Positions 44,359 to 58,182 of a stretch of DNA of 64,000 bases are shown piece by piece. The stretch is from the human T2T-CHM13v2.0 reference genome, Homo sapiens: assembly GCF_009914755.1 (NCBI RefSeq), contig NC_060929.1. One strand, given 5' to 3'. Both the position numbers and the translations under genes were made by a program. Below the pieces are notes generated by a model. That model ran no database searches and had not been told where the DNA came from. It was given only the letters and a program-made list of their open reading frames with translations. Within the stretch, counting starts at the first letter, position 1. The number at the start of each line of letters is the position of its first letter.

Positions 44359-44660
44359 TTTTTTTTTTTTTTTTTTTTTTTGAGAAAGAGTCTCACTCTG
44401 TAGCCCAGGCTGGAGTGCAGTGGCACGATCTCTGTTCACTGCAACCTCCACCTCCCAGGTTCAAGCAATTCTCTGCCTCAGCCTCCTGAGTAGCTGGGAT
44501 TATAGGTGCCCACCACCACGCCAAGCTAATTTTCATACTTTTAGTACAGACGTGGTTTCACCGTCTTGGCAAGGCTGGTCTTGAACTCCTGAACTTGTGA
44601 TCCACCAGCCTTGGCCTCTCAAAGTGCTGGGATTACAGGTGTGAGCCACTGCACCCGGCC
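44359..44660 (-). mobile_element. AluS
   Basis: Full dimer; TSD aaaggcaaaat(c/g)ttt. Confidence 0.93.
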
Positions 44661-45861
44661 AAAGGCAAAATGTTTAATAACAAATTGAAAACGTTCAGAG
44701 GCAAAACGGATTCCAAAAGACATCTTTTTTTTTTTATCCCTCTAAATCAACTCCAGACAAAGGGTTTTACCCTCCTTCCATTTCCTTCATTTCCACTCTC
44801 CCACTCTTCACCCTCATATTGATCTGTTCAGAATCATCAGTGTCCACAGCTTGTTCAATGGCCTTTAGCACAACCAGCATATCCTGCTTTCTCCACCTTG
44901 CCCTCCTTCTTCCTTCACATGTGCCATATCGTTTGGCCTTCAAGACTTAATATGGTCACTTAATTGTCATCAGTCACCATAATTGTGTTAAACTTGAAGA
45001 TCTCTCCAACAGGGGTTAGAGATAATACATGTTAATAGTTGTCACAGAAACAGTGGCTGCAGTGATAGAGCCAAGGCAAAGTCAGCCAAGGAGGTGGCCA
45101 GCCAGGCTCTGGAAGGTTTGGGTGAAAGTAACCTTTTAAGGATATAAAAAGTGATTAGGCTTGGATCTACATTACTGTAATTACTTTAGGGGTACGTTAA
45201 TCTTTATAGAAAACTGGAAAGTGTGCACTAGCTTATCAAGTCTTTTACTACCAAGCTAGACTGTTACATAGATCCAAGCACTCCCTTTGACTCTCACTTG
45301 GAAAATTTATCAAATTGGAAGAAAGAGTCAGTAGGGACAGATTAGAGACAGACATATTGTGGCTTAATGTATCTCTATAACGTACATGTCCCTGAATTAA
45401 GACAAACATAAATTATTTAACTAATCATCCATTTTAAGGGCTCAAAAAACTTGCCAGGTAAATTATAATTTTGCTTCACCACGGTTTTAAGTATTTACAT
45501 TATGAATATACACCTCCACTTTAACATTTTAATGAATTTACCAGAATATGCCTGTTGCATCATCTGGTGGAAAAGGGCTATATAAGGATTGGGAAGCACC
45601 TTATTAAAATTCTTTCATTCTAAGAATGATTTCATATGTGCAACAAGATACTGAAAACTGTTGCAACTCTTTTGCATATAGCAGTTGTTAGGGACTAAAG
45701 AGTCCTGTTAAAGGGTTCTACACATTTTAGTAATTATTTGTAATAAACGTAAGTATCAGCATGCAGTCATCACACACAGTAGACTGCTGTGTTTAAAAAA
45801 AAGCTAATAGGCTTTGTTTCTACCCAGCTATATGAAAGAGAGAGAAAAACTAAATTTTATT

Positions 45862-46406
45862 TAGTATCAATTTTCTATTGCTGTGCACAAATTTTCTGGC
45901 TTAAAACAACACCCCCTTTTTATTTCACATTGTTCAGAAGTCTGGGTGGGAACCACTAAGTTCTATATTTAGGGTCACACAAACTGGACAATTTAGGGGA
46001 AGAATCCACTTCCATGCTCATTCAGGTTGTCAGCCAAATTTTTTGTGTGTGTGGTTTTAGGATTGAGATCTCCATTTCCTTGATGGCTGGAAGCTGGGAA
46101 CCACTCTCACCTTCTAGAGGCCATCGGCATTCCTTGTTCTGCAGTAGTTCCTGTCTATCTCTAAGACACTGAATGTGCATCAAACCCCTCCCATATTTTG
46201 AATTTCTGACTTTGTCTTTTGCTACCAGCTAGGGCAACTTTTCTGCTTGTAAAAGGAATTAGGTAAGGCCCACCTGGATAATTTTACTATTTAAAGTTCT
46301 ACTGACTTGGGTCTTTAATAACATCTGCAAAATCCCTTTATGGCAACACCTAGTTTCATGTTCGTTTCAATTAATACTTCAAGAATCTTTAGAATCTGAC
46401 TACCAT
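45862..46406 (-). mobile_element. MLT1E-like LTR
   Basis: ggcttaaaacaacac...ggggaagaatccacttccatgctcattcaggttgt...taataacatctgcaaaatccc. Confidence 0.75.
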
Positions 46407-47439
46407 GAACATTTATTACTTGGAAGGCTATTAAATAAATACCTCAACTCTTAAAAATAAAGCCTTTGTCGAAGTAAATAGCATTACTCTCTTTAATAAA
46501 TGAGAAAATTGAGATTGACCAAGAATTTTTTGTTAGTCCATTTAGCTGCCTCTGAATGTAATCCCAGGTATGTTTGGTTGTACAACTCCCGCATCCTGAG
46601 GCTTCCAGCCAAATCAAACCACCAATACTGGCAAATAAGCACGTAAGCATTTGAGAGGAAGCAAAACTGAAAGAGTTTTACCAATGTACATAGAACATCT
46701 ATATTAAAAAGGACTAATTCCTGTAAGTACTTTTTTGTCATAATAGAGAAGTGCAGAAACTCAAAAGCCTAAGGGCAATTTTTTTGCTTAGCTCTTTCCA
46801 TTGTCTGCCAGTTTGTAAGCTGATAGCTCCTGCTCAAATGCTTAATCCTTGTTTCTAAATCTTTCACTTTCTTTCTTAATTGTGGTTCCCCTCCATGGGT
46901 TTTGTGTTATACGGGGCTAGTTTCAATTTACTGGTTTGTGGCATTTTCAAATTTCAAGCAACCAGTCAGTTTTGAAGGATTATAAATTTAAGCTTCTTAA
47001 TGTGTTTCTTGAAAAAGCTTTTCTTGGTGGGAAGCTGGAGAACCTACTTCAAATTGTATTTTAAGTACATGACCTTTAGTTTCTTTTAATATATATCAAC
47101 GGGTTTTGATTTTTTAATCTAAATTTTTAATACATGTCCTTTAAAATGATTTTTAAGTATTTTAGATAAAGAAAATAATCAGTCAAAATGTTGATATTTG
47201 ATCCTCCCTTCTTACTTGTAACACATTTCAATTGGAAAATCGTACAAGTATATAAATCCACAGACAGGAGGGAGGGAGAAAGAATTACTAACCCTAGTTA
47301 TATTTCTCTTTGTTAATAGATTATGTTGACTAATTTGGTGAAGGTTTGATCTTGTCTCATATGTTATGGATTGTTCTTTTTAATTTATTTTAAGTGTATC
47401 TCTGTATCTATTTTTTTAGTTGTCATGTCTCTTTCTTGA

Positions 47440-48338
47440 GGTATATAAAAAGTACTTGCCATAACATTCATCCTCATAACTGCAATTCTGTGACTACATG
47501 GATGTACATTGTTGTGCAATGATCATCACAATATAGTTTTTAAATATCTCTACTACCTTAAAATACTCTGATATTTGTGTTTTCAGTCAAGCCCAGCTCT
47601 CACATTTCATACCAACTATTGATCTAATATATATTATTGATTTATCTCTCTATATATATTTATATATAATATGAATCATACAAACACATATATACATATA
47701 TTTTTTGTCTTTTCTAGAAATTCATTTAAGTAGAATAATGTAATACATAATTTTTCTGTTTGGGTTTTTCACCTAGCATGTTTTTGAGATCTATCCATGT
47801 TATTAGAGGCATTAGTAGTTTGTCTCTTTTTATTGCTGAGGAGTATACAATTGTATTGATAGACTACAATTTATTTGTTTATTTACCAGTTGATGGCTAT
47901 TTAGATGTTTTCAACTTCTGGCTATTATAAATAATGCTCCTAGGAACACTTAGCACAAGTCTTTGTGTGGATATAGGTTTTAATGTTGCTTGGCTGGGTA
48001 GTTAGGGGTAGAATAATGGGTCATGTACAAGGAAATGTTTAACTGCTTAAGAAATTACCAAACTTTTCCAAAGGTGCTTTACCATTTTTACCTTCCCACC
48101 AGCAATGTATAAGGGTTCCGGTTCCTTCACATATTCAGCAACACTTGGTATTAACAGTGTTTTTTATTATAGCCATTCTTTGCCTACCATAGTGCTATTT
48201 TATTTTGGTTTTAATTTGAATTTTGCTAATTACTAATGATGTTGAAAATCTTCTTGTGTGTTTATTAGACATTAGTATATTTTCTTTGGCAAAATGACTA
48301 TACAAATTTTTGCCATATTCTTATTTGGTCTTTCTTAT
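47440..48338 (-). mobile_element. L1MC/MD 3' fragment
   Basis: tttttattgctgaggagta...caagtctttgtgtggatata...ttcccaccagcaatgtataagggttcc. Confidence 0.75.
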
Positions 48339-48498
48339 TATTATCCATGTGGGACCAATCTAATCACAGGGGTCCTCATCAGAGGGAGGGAGAGTGTCAG
48401 AGTCAGAGAAGGGAGATTTGATGAAGGAAGCAGAGGTCTGAGTGATTCCATTGCTGGAAGGCGACAAGTGCCAAGGAATGTGGGCTACCTCTAAAAGC
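48339..48498 (+). mobile_element. MLT1D fragment
   Basis: aatctaatcacaggggtcctcatcagagggagg...agagtcagagaagggagat...gccaaggaatgtggg. Confidence 0.7.
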
Positions 48499-48509
48499 GA
48501 TTTTTTTCC

Positions 48510-48690
48510 ATACTGTTGTTCCCCAAACAGTAGCTACAGACCACTTGAATCAAAATCACCTGTAATTCTTTAAAATAAATTTTGATCACACCCATAAACT
48601 TCATCAGTGGGTTTGGGGTAATGACTGGGAATTGTATTTTCAAAGCACCCCATGTAACTGTCACGCACACTTAAGTTTGAAACACACTCT
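48510..48690. mobile_element. MER5-like fragment
   Basis: atcaaaatcacctg...caaagcaccccatgtaactgtcacgcacacttaagtttgaaac. Confidence 0.5.
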
Positions 48691-49091
48691 TTTACAGAAA
48701 GCCCAGTCTTAAAACTCCACATCCAACATAGAACTTAACTTCTAGTCTTATCAGTACCATTAATGGTGGTCAGAGAAGCCAGGCATCCAGAATCATTCTT
48801 GGCTTTTCTCTCTCAGATCTTGGTAATTTTCTGCCTTAGAAATATATATTTTTAAAGTTAATCTAACTTCTTCATGTCTGATGTCAGCCCTGAGCTCAGG
48901 CTATCATTGGGGTTTCAAATCAGCCTACTTCTATTCAGTCCATCTCTGGCACTGCTGCCACACATTTTAAAGAACATATATGGTAGATAACTTTTGGTAG
49001 AATTAACAGGCTTTCTCCCAAGTTCGCTCTCCCTTTCACCCTGTAATCTACCTTCATTTGAGCTAATAGGCATGAATCTCCAATGACTTAA

Positions 49092-49271
49092 AAAATGTTC
49101 TGAAATGTGAATCCTGTATCTGAATTACTGCTATTATCTAGAAATTTAGCACATCCCCAGGCCCCACCTACCTTTGCCAAATAAGAAACTGTGGAGTGGG
49201 ACTCAGAATCCCATGCTTTCCTAAGACCTGCTAAATGACTGCAGCTTGCTCCAATTTGAGCATCATTGCTA
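49092..49271. mobile_element. MER5A-like element
   Basis: ccaggccccacc...agaaactgtggagtgggactcagaatc...ccaatttgagcatcattgc. Confidence 0.55.
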
Positions 49272-49865
49272 TGCAGAAAACCTGTCATGACCAAACCACA
49301 AGAGAAACGCATTGAATTTTGGGATTTTAGTTATTTAAATATAATTTCCAACTGCTGAGTACCTATTACCTCAAACAAAAGGTAATTTTCCTCTTCCATT
49401 CTGGCTGTCTAGTTTGACTTCTCTTCCTCTTTCTCATCAGCAATATAGATTGTTGAGCATTTTAAGGGAAAGAACAATTTGAATTACCTCTCCTCCACAC
49501 TAGCCGGTTTCTGCTGGTTAGAATGTGGTCCCGCAGCATCATAGTTCATCGTGTTATGAAATACTGCTCCCAATCAGAGGAGGAGATATGATTTTGTTTG
49601 GCATCCCAAGCCTTGTTATGTGTTGAATAGTTTTTCCTTTAGGCATTGAACATAAGTTTTCTAACCAAGAATCTCAGTGATGGCTTTTTAAATGGAATTG
49701 TCAGAAATGTGAAAGCATCTTATTTACCCTGATCAGAAATTGAGTCCATAAGTAGGAAAAAATGACAGGAGAGGTAGTTTAATGTAATGTCTATTCAAAA
49801 CTATGATTCTTAAATTTCATTTATCAGTGTAATAGATAAGCAGGTTATAATGGTATACAAGGCTG

Positions 49866-50322
49866 AATCAATTAGGGTTAAGTTTGCCTTTGAGTGATAA
49901 AATGACCATGGTTTAAACAATGTAGATGTTTCACTGTCATATACAGCAATCTGGAAGTAGATAAGCTAAGGAGGTAGGTAGTAGCATCTTATTTTAATCA
50001 CTCAGTTTTACATATAGTTTCCGCTTGGATCCCACAAAAGGATTTTTGAGCCTCAACCATTAAGTCCGTATTCCAATTAGCAGCAAGAGAAAGCAATCAA
50101 CCGAGCAGTTGTTCTTCTCTTTGAGGATAAGTTTTACTCACCATATCAACTAAGATTTCCTTGACCAGAACTTAACCACATGGTCATGCATAACTGCAGA
50201 AGCATTTGCTAAATCTGAGCTCTCCCTTCCCAATGGGCAGCCATTTATCCACCAGAATAATTAAGGATTATATAAGGAAGAAGGAAAACATGAATATCAG
50301 CTCATAACTATATGTCTCTACA
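49866..50322 (-). mobile_element. MLT1J/K-like old LTR
   Basis: atggtttaaacaatgtagatgttt...ttgaccagaacttaaccacatggtcatgcataactgcag. Confidence 0.5.
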
Positions 50323-51117
50323 GCAAATGTGGTCTCTAAAATCTTTACTATTTATACTTTCTTTTTTATCACCATTTGATTTATTTAAATTGAAAAAATG
50401 ATTAGTTTGCAATATGCAAAGACATCAAAATATTGGCCAGGCACTTTTATCATTTCCTTATTTTATTATTCAACTTTCAATTCAGGACAGCATCCTTATA
50501 TTTCTTATTTTTAATGTGTAACACAGATGTGGTTATTAAACTCCAACAAGAGTAAATTGGTTTCCATTTCAACCTACATTGCTAACTCAGTCAGATAAAA
50601 TGTTTCTTAAATACCAATTATGTGCTGAATGCAGTAGTTACTTTCCAGTGGTTCTAGTAAGTTATCTTCATAAAAATCAAGAAGGTTTTCATTCTTTGAA
50701 TTAGAATTACTTCTTCAGTATGTGTGCTCAATAACTCCTAAGGCAATCATCTTCAAAGTCTTTTCTCTGCTGGATGGTTGTCTGAACAGCATTTCATAGA
50801 GCCTGTGCTCATTCATTCTACACGGACCTAACGAAGTTTTTTCTGCAATTACCAGGCAGATAGCCTGAAGTCAGGCAGTGATTTTCTATTTTAAACCTAC
50901 TGGAATTTAAATTTTCATTTAACAACTCGTCACATAGCTGCAACCTAATCTGAAACAAGCTATGCTATAACCAAAAGAGGGAAAATAAATCATCTTCTAA
51001 AGTATTTGGCAGAACAAAGCTTATATTTTTAATATCATAGAAATGATCACAATATATCACTAAATGAAACAATTGCAATACAATTTATCTTGATTTTCTA
51101 GGTCTTTGTTAGAATAA

Positions 51118-51259
51118 TTTTTTTTTTTTTTTTTTTTTTTTAGTAGAGGTGGGGTTTCACCATGTTAGCCAGGATGGTCTTGATATCCTGACCTCGTGAT
51201 CCGCCTACCTCAGCCTCCCAAAGTGCTGGGATTGCAGGCATGAGCCACCACGCCCGGCC
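51118..51259 (-). mobile_element. Left-monomer-only AluY/Sc-type with A tail and 16-bp TSD
   Basis: T24 followed by agtagag...ttagccaggatggtcttgat...gacctcgtgatcc...cccggcc; TSD tgttagaataattttt at 51107-51122 and 51260-51275. Confidence 0.92.
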
Positions 51260-53415
51260 TGTTAGAATAATTTTTAATCTTCAACCAAGTTCTTTATAAA
51301 GTCACTTGCAGTACATCATTATTAATAAAATGGTCGTGAATCAAATGCTATTTTTATGACGTTCTCAGTAGACAACTATAAAAGTAAATTTATATATTAC
51401 ATTTAAAATTATGCATGCAATTTTAATACAAAAGGTATGTATTTCCTTAACTTAAAAATATTTACCTAAATAAAAACATAGTTCTATTTATTATAAGGTT
51501 AATATAAATTCAAAAATAAGTCTTATGTACATCCTATATAGTAAGTGACTTAAAAAATAGTTACTGAACAAAAAGCAAATTAATGAATAGTATATTAAAG
51601 TCCATAATTTTAAGACATTTTCTAAAATGCTAACTGCTTATAAGCCTTAGGTCACACACATTTTTTGTCTGCCCACTATAATCATTAATTCATTATTAAT
51701 TATACTTAATTATGATCAATACTAATTTTACTTCTATAATTTGTTCTGCATATACAATGTGCATTTATCAACTCTTTTGTAAATATAAATATTTCTTAGT
51801 TGTTTTCAAATAATCTACATTTTCAAAAACAGAGAAAAATGAGTATGTGACAGAAACGCATTTTATCCTGCCCATTCTGCCCAACTTTTTGCTTTCTAGA
51901 ATGTAAACAATATTGAATAGAGTGGTCTGAAAGTACTAAGTTTAACAATATCTGTGATACCTTGTCATAATCCTGGAAGTTACAGAAAAGTCTGTGCTTT
52001 GGAAAATGGTAAACATTGTCACAATGGAGTGTTTAGACATCACTGGACTGATGAGATAGGTAATTTACAAGTAAATTGCCTCTGCCAGACTTTAGTCCAT
52101 TATTGTCTAGACAAGACAGGGAATAAAATGGAGTCAAGCTCTCCATACGTGTTCTAAATGAAAATAGCAGCAGAACCCAGAGGGTCTAGTAAGTAGCTTT
52201 TGTGTATCTATGGCAGGAGATGTAGGTGTCTCTTTTCCTTTTCTCTATTACTTTCATACAATTGTTCCTACCTTCCCCGAACCTCGTCTCCTTAACCTTA
52301 TTCTCCACTCTACCTCAGCCACTCACTCATACCATCTAGACTCAGCCATTACCAGCCACAGCAATGACAACACAATCTCAATTTTAAGTATCTCCCTTTC
52401 TTACTCTAACTGCTTCTATGGAAAGTCACATAATGTGTATTAGTAGAAAGTAGAAAGAATAGCAAATCTTGAAACAAAGCAAATCTTAATCTAAGGATGA
52501 ATACCAAGATGTTCTCATACATCCCACCTTAAGTAAAATAATGTCTGGATCATGCAATGTCCTCATCAACAATCTTACTTTACATTTGGTGAAAGATTCG
52601 CAGGGAAGTTTCTAATAAAACCAACTCATTAAAGATAAGATCATATGCTAAAATGCATTGTCACCTATTTGTTCTATATAATTTAAGGATAGAGTTTAGA
52701 GTACCTGGTGAATAGAATGTGAAAATTTCTTCAGCAATTTTTTATTTCTTATTAGAATATGTAGTTAAATAGTCCATTATAAGCGCACACAAGTCATTAG
52801 ATTCCAACCAACAATTTTAGCATTATAGGTGCTCTCCATCCTTTATAAATATGCCACATATTCTAAAGTCAACCAGTAAGTCATGCTTTATCTTCAGTTT
52901 TATTGAGATACATTCTACATACCATAAAATGTTTACTTATTGTAAGTGCACAATTCAATTAAGTTATAGGCAGTAGTGTATTTCATTATGCATTATTAAG
53001 CTTTTTGACAATGCCTGGACATATATAGTTATTAATAGAAAGAGTAGAACAATAATTTAACTGAAGATGTTAAATTTTCTTTCTCTTGTCTGAACTAAAT
53101 ACTGCAGTCATTCTGATGCATTGTATAACTTGGCACAGTATTCTTATTATTTAAGGGAACTTAAGGAGAATTCCAAATTGTTTTCTCTATTGGTTGTATA
53201 TGCAAGAGTTTATGATTTTTACTCTCTGGTTGGAGGGCTGTTATGCTGTTATTGTGTATTGCTTTTAGAGTGCAGAACTATCTGTTTTAAACATCAAGAA
53301 AAAACAGATGGTATGGTTAGAATTTTATTATGAAAGGAATAAAGGAAACTTGCTTGGATGAAAATTATCCCAAGGGAGAAAGATGACAGGGCAGAGTTAA
53401 GACAAGCCTCTGATA

Positions 53416-53750
<335 letters not shown>

Positions 53751-53792
53751 TTATGTAAATAACCATTTCAAAATGAAATTTAGGCCGCATAT

Positions 53793-54280
53793 TGTGAAGG
53801 AGGTTCACTGTTCTCTGGTTAGAGTCTGGTGGAGACAGGACACACTTACGCAAGACAGGTCTGAGTTTGAAAAGACAGTACGTGCTCGTAAGCAACAAGT
53901 TACATTAAGTGGATGTAGTATTTACAGATGGGCAGCAAGGGACAACAGAAGCCTAGGATTTATTTTGAGCTGGTCTTCTGAAGCTCAGAAAACCACTCAG
54001 AGCAGACAGAGTCTCAGTCGTGTGTACCCCACTTGCACCACAGATAAGAAACTTTGAAAGGCAGTCTGCCCCGGTTATATACCTCATGGTTACATGACGC
54101 ACTGGGCTAAAGCATTGATAGACATTTTGTTTCTTGGAAGGACTCGAACAGTCTGCTGTGTTCTGGCCATCTCCCCCTCATATCAGGATGTGATATTTCC
54201 AAAATAGTCTACACTTATTCTTGAGAACTGCAAATGATAACTGGGTTGGTTCAAGGCCACGCAGAGAATGGGCCTGCACA
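53793..54280. mobile_element. ERV solo LTR (tentatively LTR32-like)
   Basis: ~490 bp bounded by TG...CA; cagcaagggacaacagaagcctaggatt motif; family uncertain. Confidence 0.5.
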
Positions 54281-54300
54281 CAGTGTGGTAAAATATCACA

Positions 54301-57300
54301 CAGACATACCTGATTTTATTGCCCTTTGTGTTATTGTGCTTTGCAGATATCACATTCTTTTGACAAATTTAAGATTTATGGCAACCTTGCATCTAGTAAG
54401 TTTACTGGCACCATTTTTCCAACAGCATGTGCTCACTTAGTGTCTCATCCCATTTGGTAATTCTCACATTTCAAAGTTTTTCATTATTGTTATGTCTGTT
54501 ATGGTAACAAGTGATCAGAGATCTTTGATGTTACTACTGTAATTGTTTTGGGGCACCATGAACTGTGCCCATATAAGATGCAGAATTTAATAAATTCTAT
54601 GTGTGTTCTGACTGCTTCACTGGCCAACTGTTCTCCCATCTCTTTCCTTCTCCTCAGGCCTCCCTATTCCCTGAGACACAATACTGAAGTTAGGTCAGTT
54701 AATAAACCTACAATGGCCTCTAATTGATCAATGGAATGAAAAAGTCATATGTCTCTCACTTTAAATCAAAAGCTAGAAATGATTAAGCTTAGTGAGGAAG
54801 GTACGCCTAAAGCCAAGATAGGCTGAAAGGCCTCTTGTGTCAGAGAGTTACCCAACTTGTGAATGCAAAAGAAAAGTTCTTTAAAAACATTGAAAGTGAT
54901 TCTCCAGTGGACACATGAATGATAAAAAGTGAAACAGTCTCATTGCTGATATGAATAAAGTTGGAATGTTCTGGATTGAAGATCAAACCAGACACAACAT
55001 TCCCTTTAAGCCAAGACCTATTCCAGAGTAAGGCCCTAACTCTCTTCCATTCTCTGAAGGCTAAGAGTGAAGAGGAAGCTGCAGAAGCAAAATTTGAAGC
55101 TAACAGAAGTTCATTTGTGACGTTTAAGGAAAGAAGCCATCTCCAAAACATAAAAATGCAAGGTGAAGCAATGAGTACTGATATAGAAGCTGTGGCAAGT
55201 TACATAGAAGATCTGGCTAAGATCACTGATGAAGGCGGCAACATTAACAACAGATTTTTCAATGTAGACAAAACAGCCTTCTATTCCAAGAAGATGTCTT
55301 CTACAAGTTTCAGAGCCACAGAGGAGAAACCAATACCTGGCTTCAAAGTTCGAAGGACAAGCTGACTCTTTTATTAGGGGATAACACAGCTGGTGACTTT
55401 ATGTTGAAGCCAACGCTCATTGACCATTCTGAAAATCTTAAGGACCTTCAGAATTATGCTAAATCTACTCTACCTATGCTCTATAAATGAAATAACAAAA
55501 CCTGAGTGACAGCAGATCTGTATACAGCATGGTTTACCAAATATTTTAAGCCTAATGTTGAGACGGATGCTAATATATAAATACATATATTAATATATGT
55601 ATATAAATATATAAATACATATATTAATATATGTATTTATATATATAAATACATATATTAATATATATATTTATAAATATATGAATATATATTTATATAG
55701 TTATAAATATATATAAATATATATATTTATCAATATATAAATATATATATTTATCAATATATAAATATATATATTTATCAATATATAAATATATATATTT
55801 ATCAATATATAAATATATATATTTATCAATATATAAATATATATATTTATCAATATATAAATATATATATTTATCAATATATAAATATATATATTTATCA
55901 ATATATAAATATATATATTTATCAATATATAAATATATATATTTATCAATATATAAATATATATATTTATCAATATATAAATATATATATTTATCAATAT
56001 ATAAATATATATATTTATCAATATATAAATATATATATAAATATATATATTTATCAATATATAAATATATATATTTATCAATATATAAATATATATATTT
56101 ATCAATATATAAATATATATATTTATCAATATATAAATATATATATAAATATATATATTTATCAATATATAAATATATATATAAATATATATAAATATAT
56201 ATATTTATCAATATATAAATATATATATAAATATATATATTTATCAATATATAAATATATATATAAATATATATATTTATCAATATATAAATATATATAT
56301 AAATATATATATTTATCAATATATAAATATATATAAATATATATATTTATCAATATATAAATATATATATAAATATATATATTTATCAATATATAAATAT
56401 ATATATAAATATATATATTTATCAATATATAAATATATATATAAATATATACATTTATCAATATGTAAATATATATATAAATATATACATTTATCAATAT
56501 GTAAATATATATATAAATATATACATTTATCAATATGTAAATATATATATAAATATATACATTTATCAATATGTAAATATATATATAAATATATACATTT
56601 ATCAATATGTAAATATATATATAAATATATACATTTATCAATATATAAATATATACATTTATCAATATATAAATATATACATTTATCAATATATAAATAT
56701 ATACATTTATCAATATATAAATATATACATTTATCAATATATAAATATATATATTTATCAATATATAAATATATATATTTATATATATAAATATATATAT
56801 AAATATATATATAAACATATATGTTTATAAATATATAAATATATAAAATTTACTGCTCATTGACAATGAGGAGAGTAATAGTTTGAAAACTAATAGTTTG
56901 AAAGAATATATATATTACATATTAATCTATATATATATACATTTACATATATTATATATTAATCTATATATATAGATTTATATATATATCTCCTTGCACT
57001 TTTCATCAAAGCTCTTAATGAATGAGCAGTAATAGTTTGAAAGAATATATATGTAAGAATATATATAAGAATATATGTAAGTATATATATAAGAATATAT
57101 TCTTATATATCCATATTGATAATAGATCTAGTCACTCAAGAGCTTTGATGAAAAGTGCAAGGAGATTAATGTTCTTGTGGCTGCTAACACAACATCCATT
57201 CTGCAGCCTACAGATCAAAGAGTAATTTTAACTTTCAAGTCTTATTATTTAAGTAATAAATAATAAGGCTGTAGATTCCATGGATAATGATTCCTCTGAT

Positions 57301-58182
57301 GTATCCTGGCAAAGAAAACTGAAAACCTTCTGGAAATGATTCATCATTCTAGATGCCATTCAGGACATTTGTGATTCACAGGAGGAGGTCAAAATATCAA
57401 CCTTAACAGGAGTTTGGAAGAAGTTGATTCTATCTCTCACGGATTTTAGGAATTTAAGCCTCCAGTGGAGAAAGTAATTGCAGACATGCTGGAAATAGCT
57501 GAAGCACTAGAATTAGAAGGGAAAGCTAAAGATGTATTTGAATTCCTGCAATCTTACGATAAAATTTGAATGGAAGAAAAGTTGCTTCTTATGGGTGGGC
57601 AAAGAAAGTGCTTTTCTGAGATGAAATACACTCCTGGTAAAGATATTGTGAACATTGTTGAAATGTCAACAAAGGCTTTGAATATTACATAAACATATTT
57701 GATGAAGAAACACTGGGTTTTAGAGGATTGACTTCAATTTTGAAAGAAGTTGTACTGTGGGTAAAATGCTGTCAAGTGGCATCTCATGCTATATGGAAAC
57801 ATTTCATGAAATTAAGAGTCAATCTATGTGGAAAACTTCATTGTTATCTTATTTTTAAAAATTCCATGGCTACCGTAGCCTCTAGCAACCAACACTGTGA
57901 TCAGTCAGTAGCCATCAACATCAAGGCAAAACCCTCCACCAGCAAAAAGATTACAATTCACTGAAGGCTTAGATGATCATTATCATTTTTTACCAATAAA
58001 GTGCTTTTTAATTATAGTATGTATTTTTTGATATAATGCTATTGAGCATTTGATAGGCTATATTATAGTATAAACCTAATTTCATATACACTGGGAAAAA
58101 ATTATGTGACTCGCTTTATTGTAAAATAATCTTTATTGCAGTGCTCTGGAATTAAACCCACAATATCTCTGAGGTAAGTCTG
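54301..58182 (+). mobile_element. Near full-length Tigger1 with decayed transposase, interrupted by ~1.5 kb of AT-rich repeat
   Basis: Terminal repeats cagacatacct / aggtaagtctg; peptide QSKALTLFHSLKAKSEEEAAEAKFEA...FKERSHLQNIKMQGEA...FNVDKTAFYSKKM matches Tigger1/TIGD1-type transposase, with stops and frameshifts. Confidence 0.95.
55572..56846. repeat. AT-rich minisatellite; core 55713-56790, 24-bp unit CAATATATAAATATATATATTTAT plus 36-bp variants
   Basis: About 36 TTTATCAA cores counted by eye; the ORF track shows 8- and 12-residue periodicity. Confidence 0.97.

Noticed and set aside
54961-55365. TIGD1-like transposase ORF as a domesticated gene
   Set aside because: Flanked by stops and frameshifts, interrupted by the VNTR, and inside ordinary Tigger1 termini
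55713-56790. Regular palindromic repeats reminiscent of a CRISPR array
   Set aside because: Spacers are identical 6-mers rather than unique sequences; no cas genes; primate context
55693-56818. Longest ORFs in the window (154-218 aa, I/Y/N-rich)
   Set aside because: Translations of the AT minisatellite, whose unit lengths are multiples of 3; no coding character
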